Below, piece after piece: positions 1-8,541 of a DNA stretch of 32,109 nt (within the stretch, counting starts at the first letter, position 1; each line of letters starts with the position of its first letter). A program made the position numbers and the translations under genes. This stretch comes from an uncultured Methanosarcinales archaeon. GTDB lineage: Archaea; Nanobdellota; Nanobdellia; Woesearchaeales; BS150m-G63. The notes under the pieces are model-generated. The model had not been told where the DNA came from, made no database searches, and saw only the letters and a program-made list of their open reading frames with translations. The stretch spans positions 1-32,109 of the forward strand of contig CAZVVW010000003.1 in the NCBI GenBank assembly GCA_964630685.1, given 5' to 3'.

Positions 1-7
1 TCATTTT

Positions 8-1081
8 TTATTTTTTCTTGTTTTTATTTAATTTTTTTATTGTTTTGATTAATTCTTTTAGAGGGATTGTGCTTTTTATGGAGATTGGATTGAAGTGTGT
101 AAGTGATATTTGGTGTTTTTTGGATATTTCTTTGAAAAGTTCTTCTTTTTTAGGTATTGTTTTGAGTTTGTGTTGTTTTACAATTTGGTGAATGTTGAAA
201 AATCCAATTGTTTGTATTTTTGATTCTTCTGCGATTATTGAAAGAAATTGATGCAATTCTTTATTAGTTTCTTGGGTGTTTTTTAACATGTTTTCTGTTA
301 ATTTTAAATCCCATAATTGGCCTGCCCATAATGGGCCATAGTTGTTTATTATTTCATGCTGTTTTAGAATCTTGTTGGTTTTTTGTTTTGATTTTTCACA
401 CTCGAAGAATATTCTCATGTAATGATCTTTTGAATAGGAAAATATGGGGGTTAGTGCTTTTTCGTGTTGTGATGCTATTAGCTGTACTTTTCTGATTAGA
501 ATTCTTAAACCTAATTCGTGCATTATTGGGTTTGTTTGATGGGTTGCCCAGTATTTTCTTAAACAAGAATTAGGGTAAGTTCCGCATAAAGCTGATGTAT
601 CTGTTGCTGTTACTGCTAAGATGCTGTTTCTTGAAAGTCTTGTTATTGCTGAATTAAGAAAGGGATTGGGGGTACCAAAAGGGTCTATATCAATGTAATC
701 AAATCCTTTTGAGTTAAGTAAAAAAAGATTTGCGTCTGCTGTTGAAATGGTTGTGGTTTTTTGTGTTTTTGTTTTGAGTTTGTTTAGTTTTAGGTTTTCT
801 TTAATTAATTCTATTGCTTTTTCGGAATAATCGTTTAGATAGAGATGTTTTATCTTGTGTTTTTTTAGTTCTAAAAGAAATCTTATTCCTCTGATTCCTG
901 TTCCTGCTAATGGAAGAGCTATTTGAAGGTCTTTTTTTGGTAAACTGTTGATTAATAGAATTGAAATATCTCTATTTAGTTTCATTACTGGATTATAAAA
1001 TACTGGAAGCTTTTTTGAGATTTTTTCAGTTGTGGGTATGTTTAGGAGGGCTTTGCCTTCTTGAATTGTTTTTGATTTCAT
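8..1081 (-). CDS. trm1: tRNA (guanine26-N2)-dimethyltransferase Trm1
   Basis: VFYNPVMKLNRDISI, GTGIRGIR, DYIDIDPFGTP, VTATDTSALCG and ELGLRIL are Trm1 signature motifs. Confidence 0.95.
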   Translation of the reverse strand: MKSKTIQEGKALLNIPTTEKISKKLPVFYNPVMKLNRDISILLINSLPKKDLQIALPLAGTGIRGIRFLLELKKHKIKHLYLNDYSEKAIELIKENLKLNKLKTKTQKTTTISTADANLFLLNSKGFDYIDIDPFGTPNPFLNSAITRLSRNSILAVTATDTSALCGTYPNSCLRKYWATHQTNPIMHELGLRILIRKVQLIASQHEKALTPIFSYSKDHYMRIFFECEKSKQKTNKILKQHEIINNYGPLWAGQLWDLKLTENMLKNTQETNKELHQFLSIIAEESKIQTIGFFNIHQIVKQHKLKTIPKKEELFKEISKKHQISLTHFNPISIKSTIPLKELIKTIKKLNKNKKK

Positions 1082-1157
1082 AGAGAGAAAAAGAAAAAGA
1101 AAAAGGGCTTATAAGTTTATCTATATATTGCTTATATGTTGTAAATATTAGTTTTAT

Positions 1158-1505
1158 TTAGATAAAACTTATATACCTATATTTGCAGCTTTTTAGATTG
1201 TCATTAGTTGCACATACTCTTACAAGATGTTCTCCTTTTGGTATGTTGTAATTTTCAAAGAAATTGAATGTTGCCATTGTTTCTCCTGCATCTAAATTGA
1301 CTGAATTACTTGGAATGTAAATTCCTAATTCTGGTAAAAGTGCTGTAACTCTTAAATTTTCTAGATCCATAGTTCCTTGTCTATTAACCAAATTTGTATG
1401 GATTGAAAATTGGTCTAATGTGTCATATTCATTATACCTTATATGACCTACATAAAAACTTAGTAAAAATATGCTGATTATTAACGCAGTTAGCTCTTTT
1501 TTCAT
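1158..1505 (-). CDS. Small secreted or membrane-anchored protein, probable single Ig-like (CARDB-like) beta domain
   Basis: N-terminal basic+hydrophobic segment (MKKELTALIISIFLLSFYVG), then an alternating beta pattern (DLENLRVTALLPELG...NLDAGE...PKGEHLVRV); SD-like GGGGGT upstream; the fold is an inference. Confidence 0.5.
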   Translation of the reverse strand: MKKELTALIISIFLLSFYVGHIRYNEYDTLDQFSIHTNLVNRQGTMDLENLRVTALLPELGIYIPSNSVNLDAGETMATFNFFENYNIPKGEHLVRVCATNDNLKSCKYRYISFI

Positions 1506-1632
1506 TCTATTTACCCCCTAAATAATTGTGTTAACTAATTGTTACTATTTTATAATGCTAACTAATATAAAAGCTTTTATGTTTTATAGTGTATAAAAGT
1601 ATAAATATGGAGTAATGTTACCTTAAATTAAG

Positions 1633-2019
1633 ATGAAAATTTACATGACTATTTGTAGTAAGAAAAAGAGAGAACATCCCCCTCTTTTGCCTTCTGTGGA
1701 TAGATATATTAGTGATAGAATTAATAGGATTTACAATAAAAGTAGAGATGATAATGTTGATTTCAGGATTCTTTCGGGGAGATATGGTCTTGTTGGCCCC
1801 ATGGATTATATTATTAATTATGATAAATTACTAACTTCTGAAGGTGTTGATGAATTGATTGAGAAGGTTTCTAGTCAACTTAAATCTTATTCTGTAGATG
1901 ATGTGGTGTTTTTTGGAAGGGATTTTAAGAAGTTTCCTGAATTGGAACCTTATTATGCTGTTATTGAGAAAGCGAGTACTAAATCCAATGTCAATTTAAA
2001 TTATAAACTAATTAAATAA
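1633..2019 (+). CDS. DUF6884/YaaA-like small protein
   Basis: CSKKK, Y, ILSGRYGLV and YD motif series typical of DUF6884-like proteins; TATA-like TATAAATA about 25-30 bp upstream. Confidence 0.55.
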   Translation: MKIYMTICSKKKREHPPLLPSVDRYISDRINRIYNKSRDDNVDFRILSGRYGLVGPMDYIINYDKLLTSEGVDELIEKVSSQLKSYSVDDVVFFGRDFKKFPELEPYYAVIEKASTKSNVNLNYKLIK

Positions 2020-2078
2020 GGTTTTAAGGGATTTAAAGCACAATATTTAAAAATCGGGTGCTGTTTTCTAAGTTTAAT

Positions 2079-3836
2079 ATGATTCGAAAGCCCATTGTTG
2101 CCTTTTTAGGACATGTGGATAGTGGAAAGACAAGTTTACAAGATTTTATTAGAAAAAGCACAATGATTGAGCGTGAAGCTGGTTTAATCACCCAACATAT
2201 TGGCGCAAGTAGTGTCCCTATTGAAACAGTTAAAAGAATTTGTGGGGATCTGTTGAAAGGAATGAAACAAGAATTGAGTATTCCTGGATTATTATTTATT
2301 GATACTCCTGGTCACGAGGCTTTTACAAGTTTGCGTAAACGTGGAGGAAGTTTGGCTGATATTGCTATTCTTGTTGTAGATATTAATGAAGGATTTATGC
2401 CCCAAACTATTGAAAGTGTTAAGATTCTGATGGAGCAAAAGACTCCTTTTGTTGTTGCTGCGAATAAAATTGATTTGATTCCTGGGTGGCAAAGTGAGAA
2501 AGGTGGTGTACTGAGTAATTTAAATAAACAAGCAGATAATGTGAAAAATATTGTTGATACTAAAATTTATGAAATTCTTGGAAGTTTAAGTGAATTAAAA
2601 ATAAATAGTGAGAGGTTTGATAGGCTTGAAGATTATACAAAACAGGTTGCGATAGTGCCGGTGAGCGCTGAAACTGGGGAAGGGATTCCTGAATTATTAA
2701 TGGTGCTTGCTGGATTGACTCAAAAGTATATGGAATGGGCTTTAGAATGTGATAAAGAAGGTTTTGCTAAAGGAACTGTGCTTGAAATAAAAGAAGAAAA
2801 AGGGCTTGGAATTACTTTAGATGTGATTATTTATGATGGTTGTTTGAAAAAAGGAGATACTATTGTTATTGGAGGAATAAATGGCGCTATTGTTACAAAA
2901 GTCAAGACGCTGCTTGAGCCTGCTCCACTTAGCGAAATAAGAGATAAAAAGAGTGATTTTACTAATGTTGAGCTTGTTGCTGCGGCTGCAGGAGTTAAGG
3001 TTTCTGCTGTAGGGGTTGAAGGAGTTATTGCTGGAATGCCAATAAGATCTTGTGTTGTTGGAGAAGTTAAGAGAATTAAAGAAGAGGTTCAGCAAGAAGT
3101 TGAAGAAGTTATGGTTGAAACTGATAAAACAGGGGTTGTTATTAAAAGTGACACTCTTGGTTCTTTGGAAGCTTTGACTAAATTATTGAAAGGTGAAGGG
3201 GTTGTTGTTAGGAAGGCGAGTGTTGGAAACATAACTAAAAAAGATATCAGTGATGCTGACAGCAGTTATGAAGAAGATCCTTTGAAAGCAGTTATTCTTG
3301 GATTTAATGTTAAACTAGATGAAGGTGTTGAGGTTGGAAGAGTTAAAGTTGTTACTGATAATGTTATCTATAAGTTGATTGATGATTTTAAAGAATGGCA
3401 AGTGAATTATTTGAAAGAAATGGAAGCTAAAGAGCTTGGTGAGTTAATTATGCCTGCTAAAGTTGAATTGTTGAAAGGATATGTTTTCAGACAAAATAAT
3501 CCTGCTATTGTTGGAGTTCATATTTTGAAAGGAAAAGTAAAATCTGGCGCTAGTGTGATGAATCGTGAGGGAAAGGTTTTGAGTGAGATAAAGGGGATTC
3601 AAGCAGAACAAGAGAAGGTTAAAGAAGCTGAAAAAGGAAAACAAGTTGCTATTTCTTTGCCTGATGTAACTGTAGGCAGACAAGTAAATGAAGGAGATAT
3701 TCTTTATATTGCGATTCCTGAAAAAGATTTTAAGAAACTGAAAAAGCTCAAAAAGTATCTTAGTGCTGAAGATGTTGAGTTATTGAAAGAGATTGCTAAG
3801 ATTAAAAGAAAAAAGAACCCTGTTTGGGGTGTTTAG
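2079..3836 (+). CDS. infB: Translation initiation factor aIF5B (IF-2)
   Basis: RKPIVAFLGHVDSGKT, EAGLITQHIGA, DTPGHEAF, NKID, VFRQNNPAIVGV and NPVWG C-terminus; ATG at 2079 preferred over the GTG at 2058. Confidence 0.97.
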   Translation: MIRKPIVAFLGHVDSGKTSLQDFIRKSTMIEREAGLITQHIGASSVPIETVKRICGDLLKGMKQELSIPGLLFIDTPGHEAFTSLRKRGGSLADIAILVVDINEGFMPQTIESVKILMEQKTPFVVAANKIDLIPGWQSEKGGVLSNLNKQADNVKNIVDTKIYEILGSLSELKINSERFDRLEDYTKQVAIVPVSAETGEGIPELLMVLAGLTQKYMEWALECDKEGFAKGTVLEIKEEKGLGITLDVIIYDGCLKKGDTIVIGGINGAIVTKVKTLLEPAPLSEIRDKKSDFTNVELVAAAAGVKVSAVGVEGVIAGMPIRSCVVGEVKRIKEEVQQEVEEVMVETDKTGVVIKSDTLGSLEALTKLLKGEGVVVRKASVGNITKKDISDADSSYEEDPLKAVILGFNVKLDEGVEVGRVKVVTDNVIYKLIDDFKEWQVNYLKEMEAKELGELIMPAKVELLKGYVFRQNNPAIVGVHILKGKVKSGASVMNREGKVLSEIKGIQAEQEKVKEAEKGKQVAISLPDVTVGRQVNEGDILYIAIPEKDFKKLKKLKKYLSAEDVELLKEIAKIKRKKNPVWGV

Positions 3837-3896
3837 GGATTTATTTTAATAAAATCCATATAATTCTAGAAATATAATGTGGACATTAAGGCTTTA

Positions 3897-3990
3897 GTCT
3901 TCATTTGAAAAAGAGGATAAGAAGACTTAAAAATCGTCTTCATTTGAAAAAGAGGATAAGAAGACTTAAAAATCGTCTTCATTTGAAAAA
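3897..3990. repeat. 39-bp tandem repeat (GTCTTCATTTGAAAAAGAGGATAAGAAGACTTAAAAATC), at least 2.4 copies, running into the assembly gap
   Basis: Identical units at 3897-3935 and 3936-3974, partial unit at 3975-3990; sequence resumes after the gap in the same repeat phase (GAGGATAAG). Confidence 0.92.
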
Positions 3991-4090
3991 NNNNNNNNNN
4001 NNNNNNNNNNNNNNNNNNNNNNNNNNNNNNNNNNNNNNNNNNNNNNNNNNNNNNNNNNNNNNNNNNNNNNNNNNNNNNNNNNNNNNNNNN
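3991..4090. other. Assembly gap (100 N), probably an unresolved tandem-repeat copy number
   Basis: Run of 100 N flanked by in-phase repeat sequence. Confidence 0.95.
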
Positions 4091-4092
4091 GA

Positions 4093-4365
4093 GGATAAGC
4101 AGAAGAGGATGGAAGCAAACAAATACTTCTTAGTGAACTCAATTCTTCCTCAGTTTCGCGACCCTACAAGCACCAATGTTGATGATTAATGCTGCTCCAT
4201 TCCTGGCCTGACATGATTCTCAGGAACATTAATCCTGTAGGACAAAACATCAACGTAGGAATTAAGGCTAATAAGCAAAGTTTACACCTCTCCCCAACAT
4301 TCAGCCCCGCCATAAAGCCCATCTGCGGTAACAAGAGAGGGCTAACCCCCCAGCCTAGCTTATCC
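4093..4365 (-). ncRNA. ffs: Archaeal signal recognition particle (7S/SRP) RNA
   Basis: Minus strand: helix 1 GGATAAGC/GCTTATCC; Alu domain with TGTTA motif and AGCCC/GGGCT loop-loop complementarity; helix 8 CAGGCCA-GGAA-TGGAGCAGC (SRP54 site); TATA-like element about 23-30 bp upstream. Confidence 0.92.
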
Positions 4366-4387
4366 AAAGCAGAAAAAGGGTTTTTGA

Positions 4388-4426
4388 TTTAAAAAGATTA
4401 CTATTTTTTAGAGAAAACTTTATTAA
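4388..4426. promoter_or_regulatory. Divergent archaeal BRE/TATA promoters for the SRP RNA (-) and the MBL hydrolase (+)
   Basis: TTTTTAAA on minus at 4388-4395 and GAAAAC-TTTATTAA on plus at 4413-4426, at canonical spacing to the gene starts. Confidence 0.6.
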
Positions 4427-4457
4427 GTTCTACAATATTAATTATTTGGGGGTAAAG

Positions 4458-5270
4458 ATGAATCCAAAGATAATATTTCTAGGTACAGCTGGGGAAAGTT
4501 TAGTTTATGGTAAACAGATAAGGACTTCTGGAGGAATTGTGTTACAGATGGATAATCTGCAGTTTTTGATAGATCCTGGACCTGGTGCTGTTACCATGGC
4601 TGCTCATTTTGGGGTGAATCTAAGAGATAATTCTGCTATTTTTGTGAGTCATAATCACATCAACCACTGTAATGATGTTAATGCTGTTATTGGAGCAATG
4701 ACTTATGAAGGAATGGATAAAAAAGGGGTTTTGGTGACTAACAAGACTGCTTACAATGGGAATGAAGATATGGAACCAATGATTAATGGGTTTTCAAAAG
4801 GATTGGTTGAGAAAAGCATCATAGTTGAAAAAGGAGATAAATTGGGAGTGGGTGATGTGGAATTGAGAGTGCTTGATGCAAAACACGATGATAAAAATAC
4901 TGTAGGATTTAGGTTTTTTGGTTCTAGATTTAATGTTGTATATAGTGCTGACACTCAATATTTTAAAGAATTAGGAGAGGATTACAAAGGCTGTGATATT
5001 TTGATATTAAATGTGGTTAATCCTTTTGGAGTTAAAGGAAAACAATTATCTTCTGATGATGCTGTTAAAGTTATTAATAGGGTAAAACCTAAAGTTGTGA
5101 TAATTACTCATTTTGGAATTAAAATGTTGAAGGCAGATCCATTGTATGAAGCAAGAGAGATACAAAAACAAACTGGTGTTCACGTTATTGCAGCAAAAGA
5201 TGGAATGGTGATAAATCCTATTTCTTATTCTACGGGATTGAGGCAGAAAACCTTGAATATGTATAAATAG
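4458..5270 (+). CDS. MBL-fold metallo-hydrolase with putative C-terminal PIP box
   Basis: FLGTAG, IDPGPG, SHNHINH (HxHxDH variant), YSADT and THFG motifs; C-terminus QKTLNMY; ATG at 4458 follows GGGGGT. Confidence 0.85.
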   Translation: MNPKIIFLGTAGESLVYGKQIRTSGGIVLQMDNLQFLIDPGPGAVTMAAHFGVNLRDNSAIFVSHNHINHCNDVNAVIGAMTYEGMDKKGVLVTNKTAYNGNEDMEPMINGFSKGLVEKSIIVEKGDKLGVGDVELRVLDAKHDDKNTVGFRFFGSRFNVVYSADTQYFKELGEDYKGCDILILNVVNPFGVKGKQLSSDDAVKVINRVKPKVVIITHFGIKMLKADPLYEAREIQKQTGVHVIAAKDGMVINPISYSTGLRQKTLNMYK

Positions 5271-5282
5271 GTTTAAGAAAAT

Positions 5283-6425
5283 TTAGTCTTTACCTAAAAT
5301 TATTGATAATGTTTTTTTTATCTTATCTGCAGTATCTTTCCACATATAGTTTTCCAGAATAGTGTTTCTTGCGTTGTTCCCTATTAATTTTCTTAATTTT
5401 TTATCTGAGATTAACACTTCTAGTTTTTTAGATAATGCGTAATGATTTCTTCTTGGAAAATGGAATCCATTGTAATTTTCATCAATATAGTTTTTCATGT
5501 GGCCTATGGGTGTTGCGATTACAGGCAATCCTGTTGCCATTGCTTCCATTGTCGCTAAAGAGCTTGTTTCTGTAAGACTTGGCATCACATAAATATCCAT
5601 TGCATGGAGATAGTCTATGACGTTGTCTTTTGGACCTGTAAGAATCACGTTGCTTTTACTTTTTAGGTATTTTTTTATTTTTGGAATTCCTTCTCCAACA
5701 ATCAATAATTTGATGTTGTGTTTTTTATGTATTCTTAAGAAAGCTCTATAAAGGGTGTATAAATCTTTTTCTCTACCTATCCTTCCTGTGAATCCAATGA
5801 TTGTTGATGTTGGTAGGCCTAATTTCTTTTTTGCCCCTAGTTTATCTAGTGGAGGTCTAAAAGTTAAAGTGTCTATTCCCAAATGAACTACTGCTTTTTT
5901 TGCTTTTATTTTTTGCCAAGAGAGAATCTCTGCTGTGTCTAAAGAAGGCACCATTAAAAGGTCACACCTGTTATATAAAAACCTTGAAATTAATTTAGTT
6001 ATGAGGAATGCTATTTTTTTGGTTATAGGCCCTTTGCCAAGACTCTTGGATACTAATTCTGATTCTATTGAATGAGTGTATGCTGTTAGTGGTTTTTTGT
6101 AGATCTTTGAGAGAATAATTGCTGAAGATCCTATTGGGCCTATTGATTGGGTCCAAACTAGGTCTGCTTTTTGTATGTGTTTTTTTAGTGTAAAGAAGCT
6201 TGGCCTACTTGGCTGATAATCTCCAAGATAAAAATTATGAGTCTTTATTCTTACTAATTTTATGTTGTCTGGTTTTTTGAATTTACCTTTAAACTTTGGT
6301 GCCACAACAGTTATATCATATTCTTTGGTTAATGCTGGAATTATTTGTGAAAGAAATCTTGCTATTCCGTCCCATCTAGGAAGGAAATTATCTGTTGCAA
6401 TTAGTAACCTCTTTTTTTGAGTCAT
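5283..6425 (-). CDS. Glycosyltransferase family 4 (GT-B fold)
   Basis: TDNFLPRWDG N-terminus, GRIGREK, PSLTETSSLATMEAMATGLPVI (ExxxxxxxE motif). Confidence 0.92.
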   Translation of the reverse strand: MTQKKRLLIATDNFLPRWDGIARFLSQIIPALTKEYDITVVAPKFKGKFKKPDNIKLVRIKTHNFYLGDYQPSRPSFFTLKKHIQKADLVWTQSIGPIGSSAIILSKIYKKPLTAYTHSIESELVSKSLGKGPITKKIAFLITKLISRFLYNRCDLLMVPSLDTAEILSWQKIKAKKAVVHLGIDTLTFRPPLDKLGAKKKLGLPTSTIIGFTGRIGREKDLYTLYRAFLRIHKKHNIKLLIVGEGIPKIKKYLKSKSNVILTGPKDNVIDYLHAMDIYVMPSLTETSSLATMEAMATGLPVIATPIGHMKNYIDENYNGFHFPRRNHYALSKKLEVLISDKKLRKLIGNNARNTILENYMWKDTADKIKKTLSIILGKD

Positions 6426-6426
6426 T

Positions 6427-7071
6427 TTATCTTATTTTGTAAAACACCTCAGCATATTTGCAATTATGTTTTAAACCAAAATTCATTGCCTTGAAATAAA
6501 CTCCCCACATTAAAGAGAGCATTGACATCTTTTGACTTTTGAAGCATTTTAATGCTTTGATTTTGGTTTTGAATGTGTCTGATATATCAACTATTAGTTT
6601 AGGAGCACTTGTTCTTTTTATATTTAATGGATTCCAGACATCAAAAGTATAGACATCGCAATGAAACCTCATGGAATCAAATGCTTTTAGCACTAACCTT
6701 TTTGTTGATTTGTGGTCTGGATGCGGATCTGCAGTTGTGTGTGTGAATATTTTAATTGGTTTGTATTTTTTGATTAGTTCTTTTATTTTTTTATGAAGGT
6801 GGTGTTCTTTTGCTTCTTTTTGGAAATTTCCTTCTGTCAATCCAAAGAATACTGTTTCTTTTGCACCTATTAATTTATCTGCTTTAAGAGTTTCTTCTAC
6901 CCTCATTTTAATTGTAAATTTACTCTTAAACCAAGGATGGCTACTTTCACCATAAGAAAAAATAACTGTGACTATCTTTGTTCCTTGTTGAGCATACTTT
7001 GCTACTGTTCCACCTGCTCCGAAAATCTGATCGTCTGGATGTGCTCCGAAAACGAGTACTGTGTCAACCAT
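6427..7071 (-). CDS. PIG-L/LmbE family N-acetylglucosaminyl deacetylase
   Basis: AHPDD, R..E, HPDH, VDIS..K..AL..FKSQ and E.F motifs. Confidence 0.92.
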   Translation of the reverse strand: MVDTVLVFGAHPDDQIFGAGGTVAKYAQQGTKIVTVIFSYGESSHPWFKSKFTIKMRVEETLKADKLIGAKETVFFGLTEGNFQKEAKEHHLHKKIKELIKKYKPIKIFTHTTADPHPDHKSTKRLVLKAFDSMRFHCDVYTFDVWNPLNIKRTSAPKLIVDISDTFKTKIKALKCFKSQKMSMLSLMWGVYFKAMNFGLKHNCKYAEVFYKIR

Positions 7072-7120
7072 AATATGAAAATAGAATAAAGGAGTTAATT
7101 AAGTTTTCTATTAAATTACT

Positions 7121-8317
7121 TCATTTATCTTTTTTGTTTGGTTTGTGGTTTTTATAAAAAGAGGCCATTTTATTAGAATAATATTTTATTAATTTTTTAT
7201 TTTTTATTTTAATTTTTAATTGATCTTTTGATAGTAATTCTCTTTCGTGCATTCTTGAAAGGAAATCTCCTACAGACTCTTTTGCTTTTAATAATTTAGG
7301 ACTATACGACTCATATAATTTAATGTATGTTTTGTTTATCTTTTTTCGTAAATTTTTAAGATATATTGTGTCTGTTTTGGAAGATTCTAAACAATGAGCT
7401 ATTGCAGAATAATAAATGTCTTGTTCAAGAATAGGTATTGTTTTACTTAGTTCTTGTTTAAGATATTGTGATAAATCTTTTACTGCTTTACCTATATGTT
7501 CTTGAGATTCTGGATTTTCATTAAAAAAATCATTTAAACTTATTGGTTGTCCAACATGCATATAATTCACAATTGGATCTTTTCTAAAACTAAAAAAATC
7601 CTTAATTAAGTTAATCTTTTCTGCTTTTGATTTTCTATTTTTTGAAAAACGAACGTCTTCTGGAACTCTAGAATATGCCAACCCTATAGGTACAAATAAA
7701 ATATCCTCTATTTTTTGAGATGTTTTGTTTTCAAAATAGGTTTTTAAAATAAATCTAGTCATTCCTTTTTTAAAATTGCCTAAGTGCCCTGTTCTAGAAC
7801 GGGTTCCCTCTGGAAAATAGAGTAGTGATTGTCCTTCTTCTAGGTTTGTTTTGATATATGTTTGAAGAATATCAAAATAATCTGAGTCTTGTTTTGAACG
7901 TTTTAATTTAAATGCTCCACAAGATTTGAAAAGAAAATCTATTGCTTTATTGACGAATAGGTTATCTCCTGCAGCCATTAAAGGGTATGGAAAATTATTA
8001 TTGTAAAGTGATGTTCCTAATATTAATGAATCTAAATTAGAAATATGGTTAGGTATATAAATCACTGGTTTTTTTGGGTTTGAAATAATCCTTGGATTGG
8101 AATCTATATCCATAGAAACAAATGTTTTTAATAAAGGAAGTATTGGTTTATATATCCAAGAAACTATTTTTAACATTGGTTGTTTTGTTCTTGCTGCGAA
8201 ATCTTCTAATTGTTCTTTTTGGGAAAACATTTCTTCTATTGTTGGGTGTTCTCCCCTAGCTAATTGCTTTTCTTTGTAATTGATGAGTGTTTTGTTTAGT
8301 AATTCTTCCAGTTCCAT
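7121..8317 (-). CDS. Glycerol-3-phosphate/lysophospholipid acyltransferase (PlsB/PlsC, GPAT/DHAPAT-like)
   Basis: Block I NHISNLD (HxxxxD), AAGDNL, block II GAFKLKR, block III FPEGTRSRTG, block IV FVPIGLAY. Confidence 0.88.
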   Translation of the reverse strand: MELEELLNKTLINYKEKQLARGEHPTIEEMFSQKEQLEDFAARTKQPMLKIVSWIYKPILPLLKTFVSMDIDSNPRIISNPKKPVIYIPNHISNLDSLILGTSLYNNNFPYPLMAAGDNLFVNKAIDFLFKSCGAFKLKRSKQDSDYFDILQTYIKTNLEEGQSLLYFPEGTRSRTGHLGNFKKGMTRFILKTYFENKTSQKIEDILFVPIGLAYSRVPEDVRFSKNRKSKAEKINLIKDFFSFRKDPIVNYMHVGQPISLNDFFNENPESQEHIGKAVKDLSQYLKQELSKTIPILEQDIYYSAIAHCLESSKTDTIYLKNLRKKINKTYIKLYESYSPKLLKAKESVGDFLSRMHERELLSKDQLKIKIKNKKLIKYYSNKMASFYKNHKPNKKDK

Positions 8318-8448
8318 TTTAGAATAAATGATTGTGAATATGTTAATTTATTATTTTAATTGAAAGGTAAATATGGCATGGTTTGTTGTTAAAAAACAAG
8401 CAGATTTCATCTGCAAGCTTTTTAAAAATTTATGAAATTTTTAAAAAA

Positions 8449-8520
8449 TGCGCCGACCGGGATTTGAACCCGGATCGTCGGCTTGGAAGGCCGAAATCAT
8501 AGCCGTTAGACCATCGGCGC
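8449..8520 (-). tRNA. tRNA-Gly(TCC), CCA not encoded
   Basis: Cloverleaf: GCGCCGA/TCGGCGC acceptor, anticodon loop CTTCCAA, T-loop TTCAAAT, discriminator A. Confidence 0.96.
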
Positions 8521-8541
8521 AAAGACACTAGATTAGGGTAA

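Noticed and set aside
3897..4090. CRISPR array (repeat has a hairpin and an ATTTGAAA motif)
   Set aside because: Units are head-to-tail with no unique spacers, and there are no cas genes in the window
3905..4392. ORFs 3905-4189, 4164-4367 and 4189-4392
   Set aside because: They are translations of the tandem repeat, the N gap and the SRP RNA gene
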